From NCBI GenBank assembly GCA_043810925.1, contig JBDRNT010000104.1, positions 14,242 to 78,241 of the forward strand: a stretch of 64,000 nt of DNA, in the 5' to 3' direction. Positions 53,034 through 61,279 of this stretch are shown here, piece after piece. The translations under genes were made by a program, and so were the position numbers. Source of the stretch: Candidatus Eiseniibacteriota bacterium (GTDB lineage Bacteria; Arandabacterota; Arandabacteria; Arandabacterales; Arandabacteraceae). Position 1 is the stretch's first letter, and each line of letters opens with the position of its first letter. The notes under the pieces are model-generated. The model saw only the letters and a program-made list of their open reading frames with translations, searched no databases and had not been told where the DNA came from.

Positions 53034-54143
53034 ATGAAGATCGCGATGATTGGAATAAAAGGAGTGCCTGCCACCTGGGGAGGCATGGACAGAATAGTCG
53101 AGGCCATGGGCCAGGAACTGGTCAACAGGGGGCATGAGGTCACGGTCTATTGCAGGTCCTACTATGTGCCGGACGAAATCTCGGAGCATAAGGGGATCAA
53201 ACTGATCCGGACCCCTACGATCAACTCAAAGCACCTCGATGTCGCTGTTCACTCCTTTACTTCAGTTATGGACTGCCTCCGGCGGGATTTCGACATAATC
53301 CACTTCCATTCGATCCCACCGGCGATCTTCTGTGGGATTCCCCGTCTCTTCGGGAAGAAGACCATTGTGCAGGTGCATGGCCTGGGTTGGACGGACGTGA
53401 CCTGGGGACCCGTCGTCAGGTTCCTTATGAAAGCCTTTGAGTACCCGGCGATACACTGGTCCAATGCATTTGCCACGGTGTCGGAGCCGGCGGTCAAGTA
53501 CTTCGAGGAAACCTACGGCAAACGGGTGGAATATGTAACATCCACGACCGAGTTCCACGAGCCGAGGAAGCCTGATAAGATGAAGGAGCTCGGGCTGGAA
53601 AGGGATGGTTATATCCTCTTTGTCGCGAGACTCACACCACAGAAAGGACTCCATTATCTGCTTGAAGCCTTCAAGCATGTCAAGACCGACAAGAAACTCG
53701 TGATCGCCGGCGACGTCGATCCCGGTGACGGACTCGCCGATTACGTCGCCGACTTAAGAGCGATGGCCGACTCGAGAACGCAGTTCCTCGGCTGGGTCTA
53801 TGAGGACCTGCTTGATGAGCTCTACACCAACGCATTTCTCTTCGTGTTGCCCTCCGAAACCGAAGGGCTTTCGGTCTCACTTATAGAGGCAATCAATTTC
53901 GGATGCGGCGTGCTCGTGAGCGATATCCCCGAGAACCTCGATGCTCTCAAGGACTATGGATTCTCCTTTAAGAATATGGATGTTGCCGACCTGACAAGAA
54001 CACTCCAGCATCTGGTCGATAACCCGGCCCTCGTACTTGCCAAGAGAGACAAGGGACGCGAATACGTAAGACAGAGATACGGCATCGGCCCCGTGGTTGA
54101 CAGTCTCGAACGGGTCTACGGGCAGATGCTTAAGTCCAGGTGA
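53034..54143 (+). CDS. glycosyltransferase family 4 (type B2, paralog of 47744-48829)
   Basis: MKIAMIGIKGVPATWGGMDRIVE parallels B1. EX7E region SLIEAINFGCGVLVSDIPE. Confidence 0.85.
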   Translation: MKIAMIGIKGVPATWGGMDRIVEAMGQELVNRGHEVTVYCRSYYVPDEISEHKGIKLIRTPTINSKHLDVAVHSFTSVMDCLRRDFDIIHFHSIPPAIFCGIPRLFGKKTIVQVHGLGWTDVTWGPVVRFLMKAFEYPAIHWSNAFATVSEPAVKYFEETYGKRVEYVTSTTEFHEPRKPDKMKELGLERDGYILFVARLTPQKGLHYLLEAFKHVKTDKKLVIAGDVDPGDGLADYVADLRAMADSRTQFLGWVYEDLLDELYTNAFLFVLPSETEGLSVSLIEAINFGCGVLVSDIPENLDALKDYGFSFKNMDVADLTRTLQHLVDNPALVLAKRDKGREYVRQRYGIGPVVDSLERVYGQMLKSR

Positions 54144-54147
54144 GAAT

Positions 54148-55197
54148 ATGGGACATGTGAACCTGCTGCAGAGCACTGATGATGCAGCCCTAAGAGATCT
54201 GCTCAGGACCTCTGAGAAGGCGACAGTCTATCACACGCCCGAGTGGAGAGATGTTCTCATCTCCACATACGGTTACGAGCCTTTCTATATCGGCTACTTT
54301 GAAGATGACGTATTGACGGCGCTCCTGCCGGTGATGCTGGTCAGGAGCCGGCTTACGGGTACGAGGCTGGTGTCGCTGCCGTTCTCGAACACGTGCGGCC
54401 CCGTGGGGCGTGAGGACCACTTCGGGCAATTGCTTGAGAGAGCGCTGGAGCTGTACGAGGAGCAGGGGGCGACGGCGCTTGAGATCCGTACACAGACCGA
54501 TCTCAGCCGGGTGGGTGATGAGAGATTCAAGGGTCTGAGCTACTTTCTGACATCGGTCGTAGATCTCGACGAGGACCCCACCCGGGTGTGGAAGAGTTTT
54601 AAGGACCGGAACGTGAGGACCGAGGTGAGACAAGCGGAGAAGAAGGGCGTGGAAGTGCATGCGGCCGGCGATGAGAGCGATCTCAAGCGGTTCTATTCGC
54701 TGTTTGCCGCGACCAGGCTCGGGCACGGCGTACCCCCGGCACCTTACAAGTTTTTCCGGAACCTGTGGCGGCATCTCCGGACCGACAAACTGGATCTCTT
54801 TATGGCGACACACAAAGGCCGGACCGTCGGTGCCCTGATTACGCTCAACCTCGGAAAGACCTTGTCCGCCGCATACATCGGGTCCGATGTCGCATACAGG
54901 TCATACAGGGTCCACCAGATCCTCTTCTGGAGGGCCATGGAGATGGGTTGTTCCCGTGGACTCAAGATCTTTGACTTTCTCAGAACCCCTAAGTCAAGTG
55001 AGACCCTGCGCTATTTCAAGCAGCGATGGGGCGCCCGGGAGATCGATCTCGATTACCTCTATTATCCGGAGGTTCGCGGCACCGCGTCGACGGTGGAGGA
55101 TACGGCCAAGTATCGTCTGATGACCGCGGTTCTGAGGCGCTCACCCGTTCTATTCGGCAGACTGCTTGGCAGAGCGCTTTACAGGCATCTGGGATAA
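54148..55197 (+). CDS. FemAB-family / GNAT-fold acyl(aminoacyl)transferase-like protein
   Basis: Start ATG 54148. TVYHTPEWRDVL...LPVMLVRSRLTGTRLVSLPFSNTCGP and ...RYFKQRWGA are typical of EPS-locus FemAB-related proteins (from memory). Confidence 0.72.
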   Translation: MGHVNLLQSTDDAALRDLLRTSEKATVYHTPEWRDVLISTYGYEPFYIGYFEDDVLTALLPVMLVRSRLTGTRLVSLPFSNTCGPVGREDHFGQLLERALELYEEQGATALEIRTQTDLSRVGDERFKGLSYFLTSVVDLDEDPTRVWKSFKDRNVRTEVRQAEKKGVEVHAAGDESDLKRFYSLFAATRLGHGVPPAPYKFFRNLWRHLRTDKLDLFMATHKGRTVGALITLNLGKTLSAAYIGSDVAYRSYRVHQILFWRAMEMGCSRGLKIFDFLRTPKSSETLRYFKQRWGAREIDLDYLYYPEVRGTASTVEDTAKYRLMTAVLRRSPVLFGRLLGRALYRHLG

Positions 55198-55216
55198 GGG
55201 GTGGAGCATTTAGGTA

Positions 55217-55252
55217 TTGACATAGAGCCTTCCCGGTCACTTAAATAGTGAC
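55217..55252 (+). promoter_or_regulatory. candidate sigma70 promoter TTGACA-18-TTAAAT overlapped by palindrome GTCAC-N7-GTGAC
   Basis: -35 at 55217-55222 and -10 at 55241-55246. The inverted repeat at 55236-55252 spans the -10. Lies in the 83-nt gap upstream of the galT-like gene. Confidence 0.5.
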
Positions 55253-55280
55253 ACGGCTTTGACGAGGAGAAGTAAAGATT

Positions 55281-56294
55281 ATGCCCGAACTCAGGAAAGA
55301 TCCGATAATCGGCAGGTGGGTCATCATCTCGACCGAGAGAGGGAAGCGACCAACCGATTTCACCTCTGTTCCTCAGGCGAAATCCAGCAGTTTCTGCCCC
55401 TTCTGCGCAGGCAACGAATCCAAGACGCCCCCCGAGGTCTATGCCCTGAGGGAGCCCGGATCGCCAAAAGACGGGCCGGGATGGAAGGTGAGGGTGGTGT
55501 CGAACAAGTTCCCGGCACTCCAGATAGAAGGCGACCTCAACAGGCAGGGTGAGGGAATCTACGACAAGATGAACGGTGTGGGTGCGCACGAGGTTATCAT
55601 AGAGACCCCCGAGCACGACTTGACGCTCAGCGATCTGGATGAGGATCGCATATTTGATGTGCTCACGTGCTGGCAGCAACGGATAATCGATCTTAAGAAA
55701 GATGCGCGCTTCAAGTACATAGTCGTATTCAAGAACCACGGGGAGGCCGCAGGCGCTTCGCTCGAGCACACCCATACACAGCTGGTCGCCATGCCCATCA
55801 TACCTAAACGTGTGGTCGAGGAGATCGAAGGCGGCAGGAAGTACTATGAGTTCAAGGAACGCTGCATATTCTGTGACATTGTCTCGCAGGAGGTCAATGA
55901 GGACGTGAGGGTCGTGTCGGCGAACCAGACCTTTCTTGCGATTGAGCCGTTTGCGGCCAGATTCCCATTTGAGACCTGGATTCTGCCGAAGACGCATATG
56001 TCGGCCTACGAGGAGTTGGAACCGAACGGTGTCCGGCGCTTCGCGCGTATTCTCAAGGAGGTTCTTTTCAAGATCAACACTGCGCTCAACAGCCCGCCTT
56101 ATAACTTCATACTTCACACGCTGCCGCTTCAGGGAGATAACAGGGGCTGGTGCCACTGGCACCTCGAGATCATGCCAAAACTGACCAAGGTCGCCGGATT
56201 CGAATGGGGTTCGGGCTTCTACATAAACCCTACGGCTCCAGAGGAAGCAGCCAGATACCTGAGGGAAATCGCGGTAACAAGCAACAGGAAATGA
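55281..56294 (+). CDS. galT: galactose-1-phosphate uridylyltransferase-like (GalT/HIT-superfamily nucleotidyltransferase)
   Basis: 337 aa. Zn motif CPFCAGNE and the active-site HTHTQLVAMP (HxHxQ). Confidence 0.82.
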   Translation: MPELRKDPIIGRWVIISTERGKRPTDFTSVPQAKSSSFCPFCAGNESKTPPEVYALREPGSPKDGPGWKVRVVSNKFPALQIEGDLNRQGEGIYDKMNGVGAHEVIIETPEHDLTLSDLDEDRIFDVLTCWQQRIIDLKKDARFKYIVVFKNHGEAAGASLEHTHTQLVAMPIIPKRVVEEIEGGRKYYEFKERCIFCDIVSQEVNEDVRVVSANQTFLAIEPFAARFPFETWILPKTHMSAYEELEPNGVRRFARILKEVLFKINTALNSPPYNFILHTLPLQGDNRGWCHWHLEIMPKLTKVAGFEWGSGFYINPTAPEEAARYLREIAVTSNRK

Positions 56295-56297
56295 GGT

Positions 56298-57797
56298 TTG
56301 ACGATGGAAAGGAATCTATCTGTTTTGATGGTGTCGGCAGAGGCACATCCGCTGGCAAAGGTCGGTGGTCTTGCGGATGTAATGGGCGCACTGCCCAGAG
56401 CGCTGGCGAAACGCGGCCACAACGTCAGGATAGCGCTGCCCTTCTATAAGACCGTCAAAGACACGGGAATTTCCGTAAGCAGGCTTAAGGGAATCGACGT
56501 TCTCGACGTCACCATGGGAGATGTTGCGGTCCCTGCGGAGATCTGGGTGGGGAAGCTTCCCGGCAGCAAGATCGAGGTCTTGCTCATTGGAAACGATGAC
56601 TTCTTCGGAAGGGACGGGATCTATACGGACCCGAAGACGGGTGAGGCATACAACGATAACGCCGAGCGCTTCATATTCTTCTCACGGGCTGTTTTCCAGC
56701 TGATCAATTTCCTGAAACGCCGTCCGAACCTGATCCACTGTCACGATCACCAGACGGGATTCATCCCTGCCTGGATAAGATACGCGCCCGGACAGGCCGG
56801 TCTCCCGGAGGATCTCAGGACGGTCTTTACAATTCACAACCTCGCCTACCAGGGCTCCTATCCCAAGGAAGTCGGGTACAAGGCAGGCTTCGGGGAGGAC
56901 GTCTTGAAGCCCATGGGTGCCGTAGAGTTTCACGGCGAGGTGAACCTGATGAAGGCCGGTATAAGCTTCGCTGATACCATAACCACCGTCAGCCCGACCT
57001 ACGGCAAGGAGATTCAGACCGCCGAGTTCGGTTACGGGCTTGAAGGTATCCTCAAAGCCAGGTCGGAGCACCTCTTCGGTATCTTAAACGGAGCCGATTA
57101 CAGTGTCTGGGACCCCGACAGTGACAAACTGATACCGCACACATACAATCGCAGTAAACCAGAGGGCAAACGCAAGTGCCGCCAGCATCTCATCGAGCGG
57201 TTCGCTCTTGATACCGGCGAGGAAACGCCGCTTATCGGTATTGTGTCAAGACTTGTCGCACAGAAGGGTTTCGACATCCTGAGCGAGGTCTTCGATAAGA
57301 TCATGGCCCTCGACACGGGCATCGTGATTCTCGGTCTTGGGGACAAGCACTATCATGACCTGCTGACCGCGGCCGCGAAGCGCTTTCCGGGGAAGGTATC
57401 GGTCAACCTCGATTTCAATGAGGAGCTGGCACACCAGATCGAGGCGGGATGTGACATGTTCTTGATGCCGTCCAAGTATGAACCCTGCGGTCTTAACCAG
57501 ATGTACAGCATGAAATACGGCACCGTGCCCATAGTCAGGAAGACCGGAGGCCTTGCGGACACCGTAATCGACTTCGATGCGTCCGATGAATCGACGGGAT
57601 TCGTATTCGACGAGTACACCTCCGGCGCGCTGCTCGAGGCGGTCCGCCGGGCCCGCCAGGTTTTTGCCGACCGGGCACAGTGGGACCGGCTTGTGGACAG
57701 GGCTATGGCACAGGACTTCTCGTGGGAGCGGTCTGCAGAGAGCTACGAAGACGTCTACCGGGCGACCATGAGAAGAAGGGTGGTGACTGCGAGTTAG
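56298..57797 (+). CDS. glgA: glycogen/starch synthase (GT5)
   Basis: 499 aa. N-terminal AEAHPLAKVGGLADVMGALP (KxGGL motif), HCHDHQTG, and the C-terminal PSKYEPCGLNQMY. Confidence 0.9.
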   Translation: MTMERNLSVLMVSAEAHPLAKVGGLADVMGALPRALAKRGHNVRIALPFYKTVKDTGISVSRLKGIDVLDVTMGDVAVPAEIWVGKLPGSKIEVLLIGNDDFFGRDGIYTDPKTGEAYNDNAERFIFFSRAVFQLINFLKRRPNLIHCHDHQTGFIPAWIRYAPGQAGLPEDLRTVFTIHNLAYQGSYPKEVGYKAGFGEDVLKPMGAVEFHGEVNLMKAGISFADTITTVSPTYGKEIQTAEFGYGLEGILKARSEHLFGILNGADYSVWDPDSDKLIPHTYNRSKPEGKRKCRQHLIERFALDTGEETPLIGIVSRLVAQKGFDILSEVFDKIMALDTGIVILGLGDKHYHDLLTAAAKRFPGKVSVNLDFNEELAHQIEAGCDMFLMPSKYEPCGLNQMYSMKYGTVPIVRKTGGLADTVIDFDASDESTGFVFDEYTSGALLEAVRRARQVFADRAQWDRLVDRAMAQDFSWERSAESYEDVYRATMRRRVVTAS

Positions 57798-58536
57798 CTA
57801 CGACCTCGTTTCAGTCGTTATCCCCGCCTACAATGAGGAAAGCAGGATCGGAGAGTCCCTCGGCAAGATCAAGACTTACCTCGAGGGGGGGGACTTCGAT
57901 TTCGAGATCATCGTCGTGGATGACGGGAGCCGGGACGGGACCTCCCGCATAGTGACTGATGCGGCCTCAGCGGACTCCCGTATCAGACTGCTCAGAAACG
58001 AAAGCAACAAGGGTAAGGGCTACTCGGTGAGACGGGGCGTGCTGGAATCGGCCGGTGACCTCGTCCTTTTCTCCGACGCCGATCTTTCAACACCCATTGA
58101 CGAGTTGGACGGTCTTCTCAGGTCAGTCGGTGACTTCGATATCGTGATCGCATCCAGAAGCCTTCCCGATTCGCAGGTGGTTATCCACCAGCCGTTTTAC
58201 AGGGAGTTCATGGGAAAGATCTTCAACCTCTTCGTACAGATGATGCTCGTCCGGGGGATAATAGACACCCAGTGCGGGTTTAAACTCATGACAAGAAAAG
58301 CCGCGGATACCGTATTCAGATCGGCGAGGATCGACTCATTCAGTTTCGATGTCGAGATGATCCTGATTGCCAGGAGGTGCGGGTTGGGCGTGAAGGACAT
58401 GCCCGTGAGGTGGATCGACTCGCGGGCGTCCAAGGTTCATCCGGTACGTGATTCGGCCCATATGCTTCTTGACCTGTTCCGGATAAAGCTATATGATATT
58501 TTAGGTCTTTACAAAAGACAGGTCGAGCGGGAATAG
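57787..58536 (+). CDS. glycosyltransferase family 2 (DPM1/ALG5-like), apparent non-canonical CTG start
   Basis: Conserved N-terminus LVSVVIPAYNEE...IIVVDDGSRDGT lies upstream of the first ATG (57916). The only in-frame start-like codon after stop 57784-57786 is CTG 57787. Also carries the DADL motif. Confidence 0.78.
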   Translation: MRVSYDLVSVVIPAYNEESRIGESLGKIKTYLEGGDFDFEIIVVDDGSRDGTSRIVTDAASADSRIRLLRNESNKGKGYSVRRGVLESAGDLVLFSDADLSTPIDELDGLLRSVGDFDIVIASRSLPDSQVVIHQPFYREFMGKIFNLFVQMMLVRGIIDTQCGFKLMTRKAADTVFRSARIDSFSFDVEMILIARRCGLGVKDMPVRWIDSRASKVHPVRDSAHMLLDLFRIKLYDILGLYKRQVERE

Positions 58537-58601
58537 CTCAGTGGTAGAGCGCCACCTTGCCAAGGTGGATGTCGCGGGTTCAAATCCCGTTTCCCGCTCC
58601 A
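58527..58601 (+). tRNA. tRNA-Gly (anticodon GCC)
   Basis: Cloverleaf read by hand: acceptor GCGGGAA/TTCCCGC, D arm GCTC-AGTGGTA-GAGC, anticodon arm CCACC-TTGCCAA-GGTGG, T arm GCGGG-TTCAAAT-CCCGT, encoded CCA. Its 5' end overlaps the GT2 stop by 10 nt. Confidence 0.92.
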
Positions 58602-58829
58602 TTTTTCTATACACCCCTCGGGGTCAGGTCTTGCCCTCGGGGTTCCATCCCCGAAGGTCCCCTCGCCGGGACCGCAGACCCGGTACTACAGGGAAACACA
58701 AGGTTGGCGAAAGGGCTGGATTGACCGCAACCTGTGTTATATATTCTGACTGGGTGTGGTTTCGCTGCTAAGTGTCTGTGTGTACTGTACCGATTTATAT
58801 ATAGATAAGCTGATTGAGGAGGTACCGGC

Positions 58830-60152
58830 TTGAAAAAGGTGTACGTGGCACTGAGCGCGGATTTTATCCATCCGGGGCATTTGAATGTGATCGATACGGC
58901 CCGAAAACTCGGTGAGCTCACAATCGGGCTTCTGACCGACAAGGCGATAGCAAGCTATAAGAACCTCCCGATGCTCAGTTATGATCAGCGCAGGGTGGTC
59001 GTAGAGAACCTCAAGGGTGTTGCCCGGGTCGTCCCACAGGACACGCTCGATTACACCGGGAATCTGAAAGAGCTTCGTCCCGACTTCGTGGTTCACGGTA
59101 CCGACTGGCAGACGGGTCCTCAAAAGCACGCACGAGAGCGTGTGATCGAGGTTCTGAAGGAGTGGGGAGGGGAACTGGTTGAGCCTGCATACAGCGAGGG
59201 TTTCTCCGCGCGTGATATGAACAGGTATGTCTCCGGTGTCTCGACGACCGGCGAACTTCGCAGGGCGAGGCTGCGCCGCCTGATCGATGCCTGCCCGGTT
59301 GTCCGCATCCTCGAGGTCCACAATGGTCTTTCTGCGCTCATAGCGGAGAAAACCGAGATCGAGCAGGATGGAGTCACCCGGAGCTTTCATGGCATGTGGA
59401 TCAGCAGCCTGACCGACTCGACCGCAAAGGGTAAGCCTGATATCGAACTTGTCGATCTCACCTCACGCCTCAATACGATACATGATGTGCTTGAGGTCAC
59501 AACGAAGCCCGTGATTCTTGACGGCGACACGGGGGGACAGCCCGAGCATTTCTACTTCATGGTCAAGACGCTTGAACGGCTCGGGGTATCCGCGGTTATA
59601 ATCGAGGATAAGAAGGGGCTCAAGAAGAACTCGCTCTTCGGTACCGACGTTGCGCAGACCCAGTGCTCCATCGAGGAGTTTTCCGAGAAGATAAAGATCG
59701 GGAGACAGGCCCGTGCGACGGACGATTTCATGATTGTTGCCAGGATAGAGAGCCTTATCCTCAAGGCGGGCCTTGAGGATGCGCTGGCCAGGGCGCTGGC
59801 ATACACCGAGGCCGGGGCCGACGCCATAATGATTCACAGCAAACAGCCGGAGCCGGATGAAATCCTCGAGTTCTGTGCCGGCTACCGGGACTCCAAGAGG
59901 AGAGTCCCGCTGGTCGTGGTCCCCACAACCTACAATTCGATCACCGAGGAAGAGCTTGCAGATGCCGGTGTCAGCGTGGTCATTTACGCCAACCACATGC
60001 TGAGGAGCGCATATCCATCAATGCTCAGATCGGCGCAGGTGATTCTGAAGCACCATAGATCCCTCGAGACCGACCAATACTGCATGCCGATCAAAGAGAT
60101 CCTGACACTGATACCGGATGGCACCGAGGGGCGTGGTGACCCACGGGCATAG
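58830..60152 (+). CDS. pepM: bifunctional cytidylyltransferase-like domain / phosphoenolpyruvate mutase (Fom1-like architecture)
   Basis: GAGGAGG-N7-TTG start. The N-terminal ~130 aa carry HxGH (FIHPGH, 58869-58880) and VHGTDW, as in TagD-type cytidylyltransferases. The C-terminal domain has the PepM-diagnostic EDKX5NS ([10 protein letters not shown], 59604-59633). Confidence 0.88.
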   Translation: MKKVYVALSADFIHPGHLNVIDTARKLGELTIGLLTDKAIASYKNLPMLSYDQRRVVVENLKGVARVVPQDTLDYTGNLKELRPDFVVHGTDWQTGPQKHARERVIEVLKEWGGELVEPAYSEGFSARDMNRYVSGVSTTGELRRARLRRLIDACPVVRILEVHNGLSALIAEKTEIEQDGVTRSFHGMWISSLTDSTAKGKPDIELVDLTSRLNTIHDVLEVTTKPVILDGDTGGQPEHFYFMVKTLERLGVSAVIIEDKKGLKKNSLFGTDVAQTQCSIEEFSEKIKIGRQARATDDFMIVARIESLILKAGLEDALARALAYTEAGADAIMIHSKQPEPDEILEFCAGYRDSKRRVPLVVVPTTYNSITEEELADAGVSVVIYANHMLRSAYPSMLRSAQVILKHHRSLETDQYCMPIKEILTLIPDGTEGRGDPRA

Positions 60153-60160
60153 GAGAAAAC

Positions 60161-61279
60161 ATGATCGGCCCAGATGAATTCTACCAGGCTCTGCTTGACC
60201 GGGAGATTGACTTCTTCACCGGGGTTCCCGACTCACTCCTGAAGAACTTCTGTGCATATATACAGGATGCTGTGGCAGGAGGCAGCAACATCATCGCCGC
60301 CAACGAGGGAGGAGCAATAGCTCTTGCTGCCGGCCACTACCTGGCGTCCGGTAAACCGGCGCTGGTGTATCTTCAGAACTCAGGCATAGGCAACGCTATA
60401 AATCCGCTGATCTCGCTGTGCGATCCAGCGGTCTACAGTATTCCGGTCTTGCTTCTCATAGGCTGGCGCGGCGAGCCGGGTGTAAAGGATGAGCCGCAGC
60501 ATGTCAGGCAGGGCGAGATTACTCCCGGTCTCCTGGACACGCTCGGTATCGGCTATTCCATCGTTACCGGAGATACCGACATCGGGGAGGTCCTGGATCT
60601 TGCCGTATCCGAGATGAAGGCCAGGGAGATGCCCTATGCCGTCGTGGTGAGGAAGGGGTCCTTTGAGCCCTATACCTTGAAGAACGCGACGGCCTGTGAG
60701 GCCACGATGGAGCGGGAAAGCGCCATAAAGATCGCGGCTTCACGCATAGGCCCGGATGCGGTGATCGTCTCCACAACGGGTAAGATCTCGCGTGAGCTCT
60801 ATGAGTATCGTGTCGGCGAGGGTCTTTCGATCGATCGCGACTTTCTTACCGTCGGCTCGATGGGACACTGCTCACAGATTGCGGCGGGTATAGCAATAAC
60901 CAGGAGCGATAAACAGGTATACTGCTTCGATGGGGACGGGGCGGTGATAATGCACATGGGAAGCCTTTGCATAAACGCCTCGCTGGGTCTGAAGAACTTC
61001 AGGCATATCGTCTTCAATAACGCCTGTCATGATTCGGTGGGCGGACAGCCGACTGCCGGTGATGTTGTGGACTTCACCGGTGTGGCACTCGCCTGTGGCT
61101 ACAGGACGGTTCTGCGAGCTGAAACCGAGGACGAGCTGAACGAGGCTCTTGGCAGGCTGATCGACGCCGATGGGCCTGCACTGCTTGAGATCAGGGTGAA
61201 GAAGGGTGCGAGGGGTGATCTCGGCCGGCCAAAGGCCACCCCTGTGGAGATGAAGAAGAAGTTCATGGCAGCGTTATGA
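60161..61279 (+). CDS. ppd: phosphonopyruvate decarboxylase (ThDP-dependent)
   Basis: 372 aa. ThDP-binding motif GDGAVIMHMGSLCINASLGLKNFRHIVFNN. Size and position immediately after pepM are typical. Confidence 0.87.
   Translation: MIGPDEFYQALLDREIDFFTGVPDSLLKNFCAYIQDAVAGGSNIIAANEGGAIALAAGHYLASGKPALVYLQNSGIGNAINPLISLCDPAVYSIPVLLLIGWRGEPGVKDEPQHVRQGEITPGLLDTLGIGYSIVTGDTDIGEVLDLAVSEMKAREMPYAVVVRKGSFEPYTLKNATACEATMERESAIKIAASRIGPDAVIVSTTGKISRELYEYRVGEGLSIDRDFLTVGSMGHCSQIAAGIAITRSDKQVYCFDGDGAVIMHMGSLCINASLGLKNFRHIVFNNACHDSVGGQPTAGDVVDFTGVALACGYRTVLRAETEDELNEALGRLIDADGPALLEIRVKKGARGDLGRPKATPVEMKKKFMAAL

Noticed and set aside
54148-58601. Functional link between the FemAB-like gene and the nearby tRNA-Gly (a dedicated non-proteinogenic tRNA as in staphylococcal cell-wall synthesis)
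   Set aside because: The tRNA has canonical G18-G19 and a TTCAAAT T-loop. It is separated from the Fem-like gene by three unrelated genes and looks like an ordinary elongator tRNA.
58541-58771. 76-aa ORF ([20 protein letters not shown]...)
   Set aside because: Its first third is simply the translation of the tRNA-Gly gene, and the rest runs through the hairpin-rich spacer. It has no RBS.
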